A stretch of 64,000 nt of DNA from NCBI GenBank assembly GCA_050250135.1, contig JBFWPF010000004.1, positions 1,893 to 65,892 on the forward strand, given 5' to 3'. Within the stretch, counting starts at the first letter, position 1. Each line of letters starts with the position of its first letter. The DNA is from Parachlamydiales bacterium (lineage in GTDB: Bacteria > Chlamydiota > Chlamydiia > Chlamydiales > JAFEGQ01). Below the pieces are notes generated by a model. That model made no database searches. It was not told where the DNA came from and saw only the letters and a program-made list of their open reading frames with translations. The position numbers and the translations under genes are program-made. Of the stretch, positions 42,916 through 51,764 are shown piece by piece.

Positions 42916-44460
42916 CTAATGGCCTACATCTTCGGGATGGACCACCGGGTGGGGGCCCCCCTTCATCGCCACCAGGACCAGGAGGAAGCTGAAGGCGCCC
43001 ACCCCTGCTAAGAGCCACATTGCGGCGGAAAAGCCGGCTGAGAAGGCCTCTTGGAAGAAGTTAAGGAGGACGCTGGGTTCAAAGATCTTCAACTCGAGCA
43101 CATTGTCCTGGATCCTCGTAGGATCGGCAAGCAGGCTGCGGATCGTATGGCGGTCGGCATGGTCCACAGTTATCCCCAAATGGCGAAGCTTTGGGAAGAC
43201 CATCCGTCCCGCTGCGACCCGGAAAAGGGTGCCTGAGATAGCGACCCCAAGGGTCCCGCCCAACTCTTGCATCGTGGCAAGGGAGCCAGTTGCGACCCCC
43301 GCAAGCCGCTTGGGGAGGGTGGAGAGGGCAAAGGTCGCGGCCGCTGGCCATAGGGTGCCAAAGGTCGCCCCCGTAGCTAGAAGAGCAAGGAGGATCCACC
43401 AGGTTGAGGTGGTGGCCGAAAAGAGGCTCATGCCTGCTGCCGCTACCGCCCAAAGCCCAAAGCCGCCCAGGAGCCACCGCTTGGGCCCCGTTTTTTCAGC
43501 CAAATTTCCCATCAAGAGGCTAAAGAGGGAGTAGGGGATCGCTAGGGCGAGCATCATTAGACCCATAGTGAGGGGCAAAATCTCCCTCAGATTGCTCAGG
43601 TAGATCGGAACAAGGAAAAAGACCGCCCAAAGGCAGAAGACAAGGGTAAAGTTGCAAGCGGTGCAGACAAAAAACATCCGGTTGAGGAAGAGCCGGATCG
43701 GGAGTATGGGCGTTCGGGCTCGCCTCTCGAAAAAGGCCAGACCGATAAACCCCGCTGCCGCCAGCCCGTAAAGGAGGATCATGGGAAGGGAGCTCCACCC
43801 CCATACGGGTCCCTGGACGATGCCGAGCACAAGACTCCCCGTCCCTACGATCAGGAAGAGGACCCCTTTCGGGTCGATTTTCCTACCGCTCTGCTCGTCG
43901 CGCGACTCTCTCACAAAGAGGATGACCATCAGGAGACTCAGCCCGATAATGGGGAGGTTGACAAAGAAAAGGAACCGCCAGCTCAGGTAGGAGATGAAGA
44001 GCCCCCCAATTAAGGGGCCGAGCCCAAGGCCGACCCCAATTACCGCCGACCAAAAAGCGATCGCCTTCCCTTTGCCACTGGCAGGGAACTGGTGGACGAT
44101 CAGGCCAAGGGAGACAGGGAGGACGATCGAAAAGGAGATCCCCTCTAACACCCTTCCGATAATCAGCCATAGCATAGTGGGAGCAAGGCCGCAGAGAAGG
44201 ACAGAGAGGGCAAAGAGAAGGAGCCCGAGTAGGTAGATCCGCTTGCGCCCAAAAAGATCGGCTGAGCGCCCTGCCGTTACCAGCAGCGCCGTCATCGCTA
44301 CCCCAAGCCCTGTCATAATCCACTGCAAGGCGGCAAGGGTTGCCCCAAAATGGGCTTGAATCGCCGGGATGCCAGTGTTAACCATCGAAAAGTCGAGGGA
44401 GTTGGCCAATATCCCTATGCCGATGCCACATGCTCCAACCCACCGCTTGTCATCGCTCAT
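42916..44460 (-). CDS. MFS transporter, DHA2 (EmrB/QacA-like, 14 TM)
   Basis: ORF 42916..44496 (TTG). The ATG at 44460 is preferred. GRSADLFGRKRIYL, GRVLEGISFS and GPLIGG are present, and the length fits a 14-TM drug/H+ antiporter. Confidence 0.83.
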   Translation of the reverse strand: MSDDKRWVGACGIGIGILANSLDFSMVNTGIPAIQAHFGATLAALQWIMTGLGVAMTALLVTAGRSADLFGRKRIYLLGLLLFALSVLLCGLAPTMLWLIIGRVLEGISFSIVLPVSLGLIVHQFPASGKGKAIAFWSAVIGVGLGLGPLIGGLFISYLSWRFLFFVNLPIIGLSLLMVILFVRESRDEQSGRKIDPKGVLFLIVGTGSLVLGIVQGPVWGWSSLPMILLYGLAAAGFIGLAFFERRARTPILPIRLFLNRMFFVCTACNFTLVFCLWAVFFLVPIYLSNLREILPLTMGLMMLALAIPYSLFSLLMGNLAEKTGPKRWLLGGFGLWAVAAAGMSLFSATTSTWWILLALLATGATFGTLWPAAATFALSTLPKRLAGVATGSLATMQELGGTLGVAISGTLFRVAAGRMVFPKLRHLGITVDHADRHTIRSLLADPTRIQDNVLELKIFEPSVLLNFFQEAFSAGFSAAMWLLAGVGAFSFLLVLVAMKGGPHPVVHPEDVGH

Positions 44461-44519
44461 GGCTCTAGGTATAGAGGCGTCGTGCCCAAAAGGCAACCTT
44501 CATGCTATAGAAAACGGGG

Positions 44520-44894
44520 ATGACCTTTATCCTCGATACCCTCTCCTGGATAGCGATCGCCGCCCTCTCGATCGGCTATTGGCTGCAGATCTGGAAGATC
44601 TATGTCCACAAAGAGGTGCGCGACCTCTCCCTTCCCTACCATATCCTGCAAGCGGTTGGCTTTGCTATTCTGGGTATCACCGCTTACATGGAAAACTCAA
44701 TGATCTTCCTCACCAAGCAGATCACCTCGACGATTCCAGTCGTCATTATCATCGGGCAGATCCTCTACCATAAGGGGGACAAGTGGCATGAAGTGGGGCA
44801 GGAGGAGAACTGCCAGTGTGGGAGCGAGATCGATGCCTCCTGGACCTACTGCCCCTTTTGCGCAAAAAGGGTAGGCCGTGGAACTCCTGACTAA
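44520..44894 (+). CDS. SemiSWEET/PQ-loop-like 3-TM protein fused to a C-terminal zinc ribbon
   Basis: 124 aa. There are three TM helices. YWLQIWKIYVHKEVRDLSLPYHIL aligns to the PQ-loop motif (xPQxxKxxKTKSxxxLS), with Leu replacing Pro. The C-terminus is CQCGSEIDASWTYCPFC. Confidence 0.6.
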   Translation: MTFILDTLSWIAIAALSIGYWLQIWKIYVHKEVRDLSLPYHILQAVGFAILGITAYMENSMIFLTKQITSTIPVVIIIGQILYHKGDKWHEVGQEENCQCGSEIDASWTYCPFCAKRVGRGTPD

Positions 44895-45468
44895 TGCAGC
44901 CGGCTATGGGGCTGGCCTTGCGGTCCGCTCCTACTGCGGCATCCACTACCTCTACACCGTCCGCGAGTACCTCGAACAGGGGCTCTCCTATCTTCTCAGG
45001 GGAAAGCTGGGAGAGACGCTGGGTAACCTTGTCGGCAAGCAGCTCTCCTACGTCCTGGCCTTTCCCGCAGTGAACCTCGTCGGAGAGCTGATCTCCCTCT
45101 CCGTGAGCACGGGGATTGCCTATCTGATAAAGGTGGGGGCTCGCCAAATTTGGGGAAGAGAGGAAGAGCCGACCCCTTGGGCTCCCCTGATCGTCGGTTT
45201 TTGCGCTGCTTTTGTAGTAAAGAATTTAGTAGCATTTCATTCGCTGGAGGGGCTCTACAACGCCCTCAAGGCGGGGACAACGTGGGCTACGGAGCGTTAT
45301 CTTGGAGAAAAGAGCTTTGCGGGTCCGATCTCAAAGGCCGTTGGCCTCCAATTTGCCACCTTCGCCGCCTTCCCCGCTGCCTCCCTGGTCGGCGATGGCG
45401 CCGGCCTTGCCGTGAAGCAGGGGATCCACCTCGGCTACAAGCGGCTAACCCTTACTACTGTCGAATAG
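44878..45468 (+). CDS. hypothetical membrane protein
   Basis: 196 aa with a GTG start. It has several amphipathic/hydrophobic segments and an internal duplication (LVGKQLSYVLAFPAVNLVGE / AVGLQFATFAAFPAASLVGD). Confidence 0.45.
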   Translation: MELLTNAAGYGAGLAVRSYCGIHYLYTVREYLEQGLSYLLRGKLGETLGNLVGKQLSYVLAFPAVNLVGELISLSVSTGIAYLIKVGARQIWGREEEPTPWAPLIVGFCAAFVVKNLVAFHSLEGLYNALKAGTTWATERYLGEKSFAGPISKAVGLQFATFAAFPAASLVGDGAGLAVKQGIHLGYKRLTLTTVE

Positions 45469-46179
45469 ATCCCGCAACTGTTGCCGATACACTAGCAGCT
45501 TTTCCATCCGCTCCTTGGCTTCCCCAGTTTGATGCTTGGTGATCCGTTTCAGGGTATGGATGAGAGGAAAGCGGTGGCGCTCTTCTCGAAGTCCCGTCAA
45601 AAGGACCATCCCAAGCCCGGCAGCTAGGATCAAGAGGGGAGAAGACAAAAGGGCGGCTGCCTGGCTCTGCCAGATCCGGTAGCCCAACCCGATTCGGCTA
45701 AGGCCTACAATAGCGATTCCGGCAAGGGAGAGGGCGGAGATCTGTATCCAGCTCCCCAAGAATGCCCGTTGCATTTTCTGCTCTTGCTCTTTAGCCACCC
45801 TCCACTCCTCTACTTTAACGGTAGCCCACTCGGGGGTCATCACGCTGTAGTCGAGCTCGGATCTTTGATAGCCCCTAGGAAAGTAGGGAAGGGCAGCGGC
45901 AACAGCTGGGTTTGTAGCGTCAGGCTTCTCGTCGGAGTTTGTGAAGGTCTCGTCATAATAGCCCCAGGCCAACGCAAGGATGAAGCACCCTACCCCTTGG
46001 ACCGCTGTCGAAAGAGTGGCTGCACCAAGGCTTTTCCAAAGAGGAGGGTTAAACCTCCACTGGATGATCGGAAGGGCGATGGCGGTAGCTAGCGAAGTAA
46101 CGGCTGAGCCGCTCACCCACCCTTCAATGGTTCGACCGCACCGGGCTCCATTAATGACAGCCTCATCAACTGGGTTCAT
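45445..46179 (-). CDS. hypothetical polytopic membrane protein
   Basis: 244 aa with at least 4 hydrophobic helices. Its ATG at 46179 lies within the TTCATC motif that directly abuts TnpB element copy B. Confidence 0.55.
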   Translation of the reverse strand: MNPVDEAVINGARCGRTIEGWVSGSAVTSLATAIALPIIQWRFNPPLWKSLGAATLSTAVQGVGCFILALAWGYYDETFTNSDEKPDATNPAVAAALPYFPRGYQRSELDYSVMTPEWATVKVEEWRVAKEQEQKMQRAFLGSWIQISALSLAGIAIVGLSRIGLGYRIWQSQAAALLSSPLLILAAGLGMVLLTGLREERHRFPLIHTLKRITKHQTGEAKERMEKLLVYRQQLRDLFDSSKG

Positions 46180-46186
46180 CCTACGG

Positions 46187-47403
46187 ACGGCATGGAAACC
46201 CAGCCCTTCAGGTCTGGGAGGAAATGCCGCCTCCTAGTTTGTGTTGTTTCTAAACTGCGCATCCTAGATAATTCCCTTACATGCCTACCAAAACCATCTG
46301 TTGCAAGCTTTCGACCACCGATGAGCAGGCGCGAGCTCTTGTCGAGACCAGCCAGCGCTACTCCGATGCCTGTAACCATGTCCTTCAGAGAGCAAGTGTG
46401 GAGAAGACCCACAATCCGATCAAGCTCCATAAAATGTGTTACAACGAAATCCGGGAACGTTTTGGACTATCTGCCAATCTTGCGGTGCGTGCCATCCGCC
46501 GCGTGTCAGGCAATTTGACCCGCCTACAGGGTGCAAGACAACGGCCCAGGCAATTTCAGCCAAGGAGTGTCGATTACGATGCTCGAATCTTCTCCTTTTG
46601 GAAGGAGAAGGAGCTCGTTTCTCTGACCACGACACAAGGAAGGATCCGCCTGCTTATGGTGTTAGGTGATTTCCAAAGAAGAGCTCTTGAGGGACAGAAT
46701 CCTACTTCGGCCACTGTGATCAACAAGGGGGGTGTCTGGTACATCCACATCGTCGTCGAATTTGAAGCCCAAACCGCTTCAGGAGAGGGTGTGATGGGTG
46801 TCGATCTGGGCATCACCAATATTGTCGCCACCTCGACCGGTCACTTGGAAAAAGGCGACTTAAGGCAAGCCTACAAAGCGAAACGGGCCACCATCCGTGC
46901 CAGTTTGCAGTCTAAGGGGACACGAGGGGCCCGGAAGCTTTTGCGCAAATTATCAGGCCGAGAGAATCGGTCTATCCGTCACCAGAACCATGTCTTGTCT
47001 AAACAGCTGATTGAGGAAGCCAAAAGGCACAAGTGCGGTCTGATCCGCATGGAACAGCTTAAGGGGATCCGCAGCAGAACCAAGAGGTGGAATAAACACA
47101 GGAACCGGATGGTTTCGGGTTGGAGTTTTTGCCAGCTGCAGCAGTTTGTCCTCTACAAGGGAAACGCTGTTGGGATCACCCTTGAGTGGATCGATCCTGC
47201 CTACACGAGCCAGACCTGCCATTCCTGTTTGCAACTAGGCTCTCGTGAGGGGGAGCGATTTTGCTGTATAACCTGTGGCGATTGCCATGCTGATCTCAAT
47301 GCAGCGTGTGTGATCTCCTTAGGCGGGGCTGTCTGTAAACCAGCCCGAATCAGCGGCGCTAGCTAGCTGAGAGCTTTCGCCTTTAGGCGAGAGTTGTTTA
47401 CGT
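46187..47403 (+). mobile_element. TnpB-only IS200/IS605-family (IS1341-like) element, copy B
   Basis: Same architecture as copy A: the left palindrome ACGGCATGGAAACCCAG...CTGGGAGGAAATGCCGC starts at 46187, and the right hairpin CTTTCGCCTTTAGGCGAGAG lies at about 47374-47393. It is in direct orientation relative to copy A, 19 kb away. Confidence 0.8.
46281..47366 (+). CDS. tnpB: RNA-guided endonuclease TnpB
   Basis: 361 aa with an ATG start. About 38 aa differ from copy A, but the D (GVDLGITN), E (LIRMEQL), D (HADLNAA) and CxxC...CxxC residues are all retained. Confidence 0.9.
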   Translation: MPTKTICCKLSTTDEQARALVETSQRYSDACNHVLQRASVEKTHNPIKLHKMCYNEIRERFGLSANLAVRAIRRVSGNLTRLQGARQRPRQFQPRSVDYDARIFSFWKEKELVSLTTTQGRIRLLMVLGDFQRRALEGQNPTSATVINKGGVWYIHIVVEFEAQTASGEGVMGVDLGITNIVATSTGHLEKGDLRQAYKAKRATIRASLQSKGTRGARKLLRKLSGRENRSIRHQNHVLSKQLIEEAKRHKCGLIRMEQLKGIRSRTKRWNKHRNRMVSGWSFCQLQQFVLYKGNAVGITLEWIDPAYTSQTCHSCLQLGSREGERFCCITCGDCHADLNAACVISLGGAVCKPARISGAS

Positions 47404-48207
47404 GAGTCCTACTCGTTGGAATGAAGTGGGGAGTTTAGCGGTAAAGTGGAGCGGTTTCCCTGTTACCGGGTGGTTAAAGGCTAGGGTATGGGCGTGAAGG
47501 GCAAGCCGCTCGATCGGATCAAAGGAGCCCCCATACCGCTTGTCTCCCACCACGGGATGGCCCGCCTCACTGCAATGGACCCGGATCTGGTGCTTCCGCC
47601 CCGTCTCTAATTTTAGGCGCAAGTGGGAGAGCTTGGGGGTTCGCCCGATCACCTCAAAGTGGGTGACCGCCCGCTTCCCCTTGGGATGGGAGGCCACACT
47701 CAGATCGGCGCGCTCCAGAAGGAGGCTCTCCCAGGTTCCCTTATCCTCTGCGAGGTGCCCCTCGACGACCGCGATATACTCCCTTTCGAGGTTGCGGCCT
47801 TCAAACAGAGCGTCGAGCCCCTCATGCCCCCGCTCTGACCGGGCAAAGACCATCACACCCGAGGTCTCGCGGTCGAGCCTGTGGACCGGCTGGATCTTCG
47901 GCTCCTCCAAGTGGTGGCGGAGGAGGCCCAAAGCGTGGCGAGAGCCTGGTGTGTCGAGGGGAAAACTGAGAAGGCCAGCCGGCTTGCTGATCGCGATCAG
48001 GTGGGGGTCCTCATAGAGGATGTGGATCCCACAAAAGGGGCGAACCTCGTAGCGGCCAAGGGTGACCTCCTCCCCCTCAATCGGGAGGGTCGCCTTCCGC
48101 TCCACCTGCCCATTGACCCTCACACGCCCCCCAGCAAGCCAATTTTTTAGTGTGCGTCTGCTGCTATCGGGGTAGAGGGTCGCTAGGTGATCAATGAGTG
48201 ACTTCAT
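47398..48207 (-). CDS. RluA-family pseudouridine synthase with S4 domain
   Basis: 269 aa. The S4-like N-terminus is LKNWLAGGRVRVNG, the catalytic motif is HRLDRETSGVMVFA, and KHQIRVH is present. Confidence 0.87.
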   Translation of the reverse strand: MKSLIDHLATLYPDSSRRTLKNWLAGGRVRVNGQVERKATLPIEGEEVTLGRYEVRPFCGIHILYEDPHLIAISKPAGLLSFPLDTPGSRHALGLLRHHLEEPKIQPVHRLDRETSGVMVFARSERGHEGLDALFEGRNLEREYIAVVEGHLAEDKGTWESLLLERADLSVASHPKGKRAVTHFEVIGRTPKLSHLRLKLETGRKHQIRVHCSEAGHPVVGDKRYGGSFDPIERLALHAHTLAFNHPVTGKPLHFTAKLPTSFQRVGLT

Positions 48208-48251
48208 GGTCAGGATTATACCCTTGACGGCCCTTAAATGGCAGCGGTAAT

Positions 48252-48755
48252 ATGCCCCCTATGAAGCGAAAAGTTCTCTTACTCCTTCTCCTCGTCATCC
48301 CTCTGGTAGCAAAGGAGCAAGAGAAGGGGCCGAACCTCCTCCAGGTGCTGCAACAGGGAGGGGAGTTCAATACGCTGATCGCCGCTTTTCAGGAGGCCGA
48401 GCTGGTCCCCCTATTGAGTGAGCTTGGCCCCTACACCCTCTTTGCTCCGACCGACCGGGCCTTTACCCTCCTCTTTCCGGGGACCCTTCAGGAGCTGATG
48501 GTTCCCGAAGGGCGTCTGAAACTTAGGACCCTCCTCCGCTATCACCTCGTGCGAGGGGAGCTTACCCCCGACCAGATTCGGCGGGCGGGCGTTCTCAACA
48601 CCCTGGCTGGAGAGCCTCTCGTCGTCAACCCGAGCTGGGGTCAGATCGAGATTGAGAATGCGACACTCGGTGAGGCGATGAAGGGGACTAACGGTGTTGT
48701 CTACCCGATCGATCGTGTCCTGCAACCAACAGAGGGAGCCTCGTATGGCGGTTAA
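48252..48755 (+). CDS. fasciclin (FAS1) domain protein, secreted
   Basis: 167 aa. Signal peptide KRKVLLLLLLVIPLVA. FAS1 blocks are YTLFAPTDRAF, LLRYHLVRG and NGVVYPIDRVLQP. Confidence 0.82.
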   Translation: MPPMKRKVLLLLLLVIPLVAKEQEKGPNLLQVLQQGGEFNTLIAAFQEAELVPLLSELGPYTLFAPTDRAFTLLFPGTLQELMVPEGRLKLRTLLRYHLVRGELTPDQIRRAGVLNTLAGEPLVVNPSWGQIEIENATLGEAMKGTNGVVYPIDRVLQPTEGASYGG

Positions 48756-49344
48756 AGATCCCGATCTGGGCCACCCGGTTCACGACCTTATCAAGAAGCG
48801 GTGGAGCCCATGTGTCTTTGCCGACAGGCCGATTCCCGAGGGCAAACTCAAGTCGCTCTTCGAGGCGGCCCGGTGGGCCCCCTCCTCCTACAACGAACAG
48901 CCCTGGCACTGGGTGATCGCCTTTAAGGGGACCCCCGAATTTCAGAAGATCCTCTCCCTGCTCGTCGAACCGAACCAGGAGTGGGCGAAGGGGGCCCCCC
49001 TCATCGGGATTACCGTCACTCACCTCACTTTTGACCGCAATGGGAAGCCTAACCGGCACGCCTACCACGATGTGGGGCTGGCGATGGGGGGGCTCTGCGT
49101 TCAGGCAACCGCTGAGGGGCTCTACGTCCACCAGATGGCGGGATTTGACCATCAGGGCGCTCCCAAGGCCTTGGGTATTCCCGAGGGGTATGAGGCGGTC
49201 GCCGCCTTTGCTATCGGCTATGCCGGCGATCCCGAAAAGGCCTCTGAGAACCTTAAGGGGCGAGATACCAGTAAGCGGGAGCGGCGAAAACTCGCCGATC
49301 TGATCCACCACGGAACATGGGACAAGAGATGGTTAAGCGAATAG
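48745..49344 (+). CDS. nitroreductase family protein
   Basis: ORF 48694..49344. The ATG at 48745 gives MAVKDPDLGHPVHDLIKKRWSPCVF...FEAARWAPSSYNEQPWHWVI, a typical nitroreductase N-terminus. Confidence 0.8.
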   Translation: MAVKDPDLGHPVHDLIKKRWSPCVFADRPIPEGKLKSLFEAARWAPSSYNEQPWHWVIAFKGTPEFQKILSLLVEPNQEWAKGAPLIGITVTHLTFDRNGKPNRHAYHDVGLAMGGLCVQATAEGLYVHQMAGFDHQGAPKALGIPEGYEAVAAFAIGYAGDPEKASENLKGRDTSKRERRKLADLIHHGTWDKRWLSE

Positions 49345-50294
49345 CGGTTACAGGTGGGGCGGGGCAGATCGCTTACAGCCTCCTTTTTCGTCTAGCACGG
49401 GGTGAGCTCCTCAGCGAGCCGATTGCCCTCCATATCCTCGAGCTCCCCGATGCGATCGGGATGCTTGAAGGGGTCGTGATGGAGCTTAACGACTGCGCCT
49501 TTCCCCTGCTCCAGCAGATCATTGTCGGTAGCGATCCCCGCAAGGTTTTCGAGGGGGTCGACTACGCCTTTCTCGTCGGCGCCAAACCCCGCACCAAGGG
49601 GATGGAGAGGGGAGAGCTTCTTAAGGAGAATGGGAAGATCTTTATCGAGCAGGGGAAGGCCCTTAATGGCGCTGCTAGCTCCGGTTGCAAGGTCCTTGTC
49701 GTGGGCAACCCGTGCAACACCAACTGCCTGATCGGGATGCAAAACGCCCCCGATTTAGCGCAGAAAAACTGGCATGCGATGATGCGCCTCGACCAAAACC
49801 GGGCGACCTATCAGCTTGCTCAAAAGGCACGCCGCCCCGTAACCGAGGTCACCCATCTCACCATTTGGGGGAACCACTCCTCCACCCAGGTGCCCGACTT
49901 CCTAAACGCCAGGATTAGTGGAAAACCGGCTGCAGAGGTGATCGGGGATAGGGCATGGCTGGAGGGCCCCTTTATCACCACCGTTCAGAAGCGGGGGGCC
50001 GCCGTTATCGAGGCTCGCGGCAAATCATCGGCCGCCTCCGCTGCCTCAGCTGCCCTCGATGCGATGGGCTCAATTATCAGACCCACCCCAAAGGGCCACT
50101 GGTTCTCCTCCGCCGTCCTTAGCGACGGCAACCCCTACGGCATTGCTGACGGCCTGATCTTTTCCTTCCCCATCCGCTCTAAAGGGGAAGGGGAGTGGGA
50201 ATTCGTCCCGAACTTAGAGCTGGACCCATTTTTGCGGGAGCGGTTACAAGCGACCGAAGAGGAGCTATTGGCCGAACGGAGGGAGGTGCTATGA
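49329..50294 (+). CDS. mdh: malate dehydrogenase
   Basis: The N-terminus is MVKRIAVTGGAGQIAYSLLFRLA (an alternative ATG lies at 49317). GAKPRTKGMERGELL, VVGNPCNTN and IWGNHSSTQVPD are present. Confidence 0.9.
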   Translation: MVKRIAVTGGAGQIAYSLLFRLARGELLSEPIALHILELPDAIGMLEGVVMELNDCAFPLLQQIIVGSDPRKVFEGVDYAFLVGAKPRTKGMERGELLKENGKIFIEQGKALNGAASSGCKVLVVGNPCNTNCLIGMQNAPDLAQKNWHAMMRLDQNRATYQLAQKARRPVTEVTHLTIWGNHSSTQVPDFLNARISGKPAAEVIGDRAWLEGPFITTVQKRGAAVIEARGKSSAASAASAALDAMGSIIRPTPKGHWFSSAVLSDGNPYGIADGLIFSFPIRSKGEGEWEFVPNLELDPFLRERLQATEEELLAERREVL

Positions 50295-51445
50295 GCCGCG
50301 TCCTATTTGAGATCACTGAAAACGAGCTGGAGACCGGTCTACGGGGCTTTCCTATTGGCTACTGCCCCACCTCTTATGTCGATCCCCAAAAGGGGCTCTT
50401 TTACGCCGACCACCCCATCTCCGAGTGTGCCCACTGGGAGCCGGCCCAGGTCCTCCACCTCCTTTACCATGGGAAGGAGGGGAGCGCGGCAGAGGTCGCA
50501 GATTTTGCTAAGGAGCTGGAGCGGCGGGCCCCCTGTGATCCCAGTCTGATCGCCTACATCCAAAAGCTCCCCCGTCAGGGGCACCCGATGAAGCTCTTCT
50601 CCGCCGCCCTCCTTCTCGCCGCCGGCTTCGAAGGGACGGGAGACTACCGGGAGGACTGCCTCAACCTGATCGCCAAAATCCCTCAGATCGCCGCCGCCGT
50701 CATCAACCACCACGCCGGCTGGCCCAGCTCCAACCCCAAGCCCCACCTCGGCTACATGGAGAACTTCACCCATATGCTGGGCGTCCCCGACAAGAGCGAT
50801 ACCCTCGCCGATGTCCTCAAGCTCTTCAACGTCCTCCACTACGACCATGGCGGCGGGAACCTCTCGGCCTTTACCGGCAAAGCGGTCGCCTCTGGCCTTG
50901 AAGACCTCTACGGCTCCCTTGCCGGCGCTATGTGTGCCCTAGCTGGCCCTCGCCATGGCCGCGCCAACCAAGACTGTCTCGAGTTTGTCCATGAGCTCTC
51001 TGAGCAGCTCGGCAATAGCCCCACCGAAGCCGCTGTTGAAAAGGCCCTCCGTGACCGCCTCGCCAGCCGGCAGCTGATCTTTGGCTTTGGCCATGCCGTC
51101 CTCCGAGTGGAGGATGCCCGGGCCACCGTCCAGTATGGCCTCCTCGAGCGCTCCTTCCCCGACCACCCCCTCTCTAAACTCGTCCTGCTTCTCCGCAAGG
51201 TCGGCCCCAAGGTCCTTGGCGAAAACCCCAAGATTGCCGATCCCTACCCCAATGTCGATGCTGTCTCGGGCACCCTCCTCACCGCTGCCGGCTTTCCCTA
51301 CCCCGAGTACTTTACGGTCCTCTTTGGCGCCTCCCGCTGCTGCGGCATCGCCATCCAGATCGTCTATGAGCGATTAGAGGCCCGCGGCGGCAAGGGGCTC
51401 CCCATCGTCCGGCCCAAGTATTTCTTTAGGGAGAGGGGCGCGTGA
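50291..51445 (+). CDS. gltA: citrate synthase family protein
   Basis: ORF 50195..51445. The ATG at 50291 overlaps the mdh stop (ATGA). HYDHGGGNLSAFT, GPRHGRANQ and GFGHAVLRVEDARA are present. Confidence 0.86.
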   Translation: MSRVLFEITENELETGLRGFPIGYCPTSYVDPQKGLFYADHPISECAHWEPAQVLHLLYHGKEGSAAEVADFAKELERRAPCDPSLIAYIQKLPRQGHPMKLFSAALLLAAGFEGTGDYREDCLNLIAKIPQIAAAVINHHAGWPSSNPKPHLGYMENFTHMLGVPDKSDTLADVLKLFNVLHYDHGGGNLSAFTGKAVASGLEDLYGSLAGAMCALAGPRHGRANQDCLEFVHELSEQLGNSPTEAAVEKALRDRLASRQLIFGFGHAVLRVEDARATVQYGLLERSFPDHPLSKLVLLLRKVGPKVLGENPKIADPYPNVDAVSGTLLTAAGFPYPEYFTVLFGASRCCGIAIQIVYERLEARGGKGLPIVRPKYFFRERGA

Positions 51446-51764
51446 CAAAGATGAGGGCGGCAATGGCTCCCATCGCGCTAAAGGTGACCATCAGTAGATC
51501 GGGCCAAACCTTGTAGTCGTGGAAGTAGTTGAAGGCAAAGCGGGCTCCAAAGGCCAGCGCAATAACTAGCGCAGCCCAAGCCCACACCCGCTTTCCGCGC
51601 ATCATCCCAAAGCCGCAGAAGATGACGACGAGTCCGCCGATTCCTCCTACTACAAGCGAGATAAAGCTGCCTGCGACGAAGTAGCCGATCATCCCGCCGA
51701 TCAGGCAGAAAAGGCCGTAGAGCATGACTAAGAGGGAGCAGATTGTCACAGGGCCTTTCTCCAC
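51426..51764 (-). CDS. TMEM14/UPF0136-like small membrane protein
   Basis: 112 aa with four Gly-rich TM helices (LIGGMIGYFVAGSFISLVVGGIGG). Confidence 0.55.
   Translation of the reverse strand: MEKGPVTICSLLVMLYGLFCLIGGMIGYFVAGSFISLVVGGIGGLVVIFCGFGMMRGKRVWAWAALVIALAFGARFAFNYFHDYKVWPDLLMVTFSAMGAIAALIFVTRPSP

Noticed and set aside
25819-47403. Two directly oriented TnpB elements flanking 19 kb, as a possible composite transposon or genomic island
   Set aside because: The enclosed segment contains core genes (kdsB, treY, transporters). The two copies are about 10% diverged, and IS200/IS605-type elements do not mobilise intervening DNA as composites. The arrangement is more likely two independent insertions.
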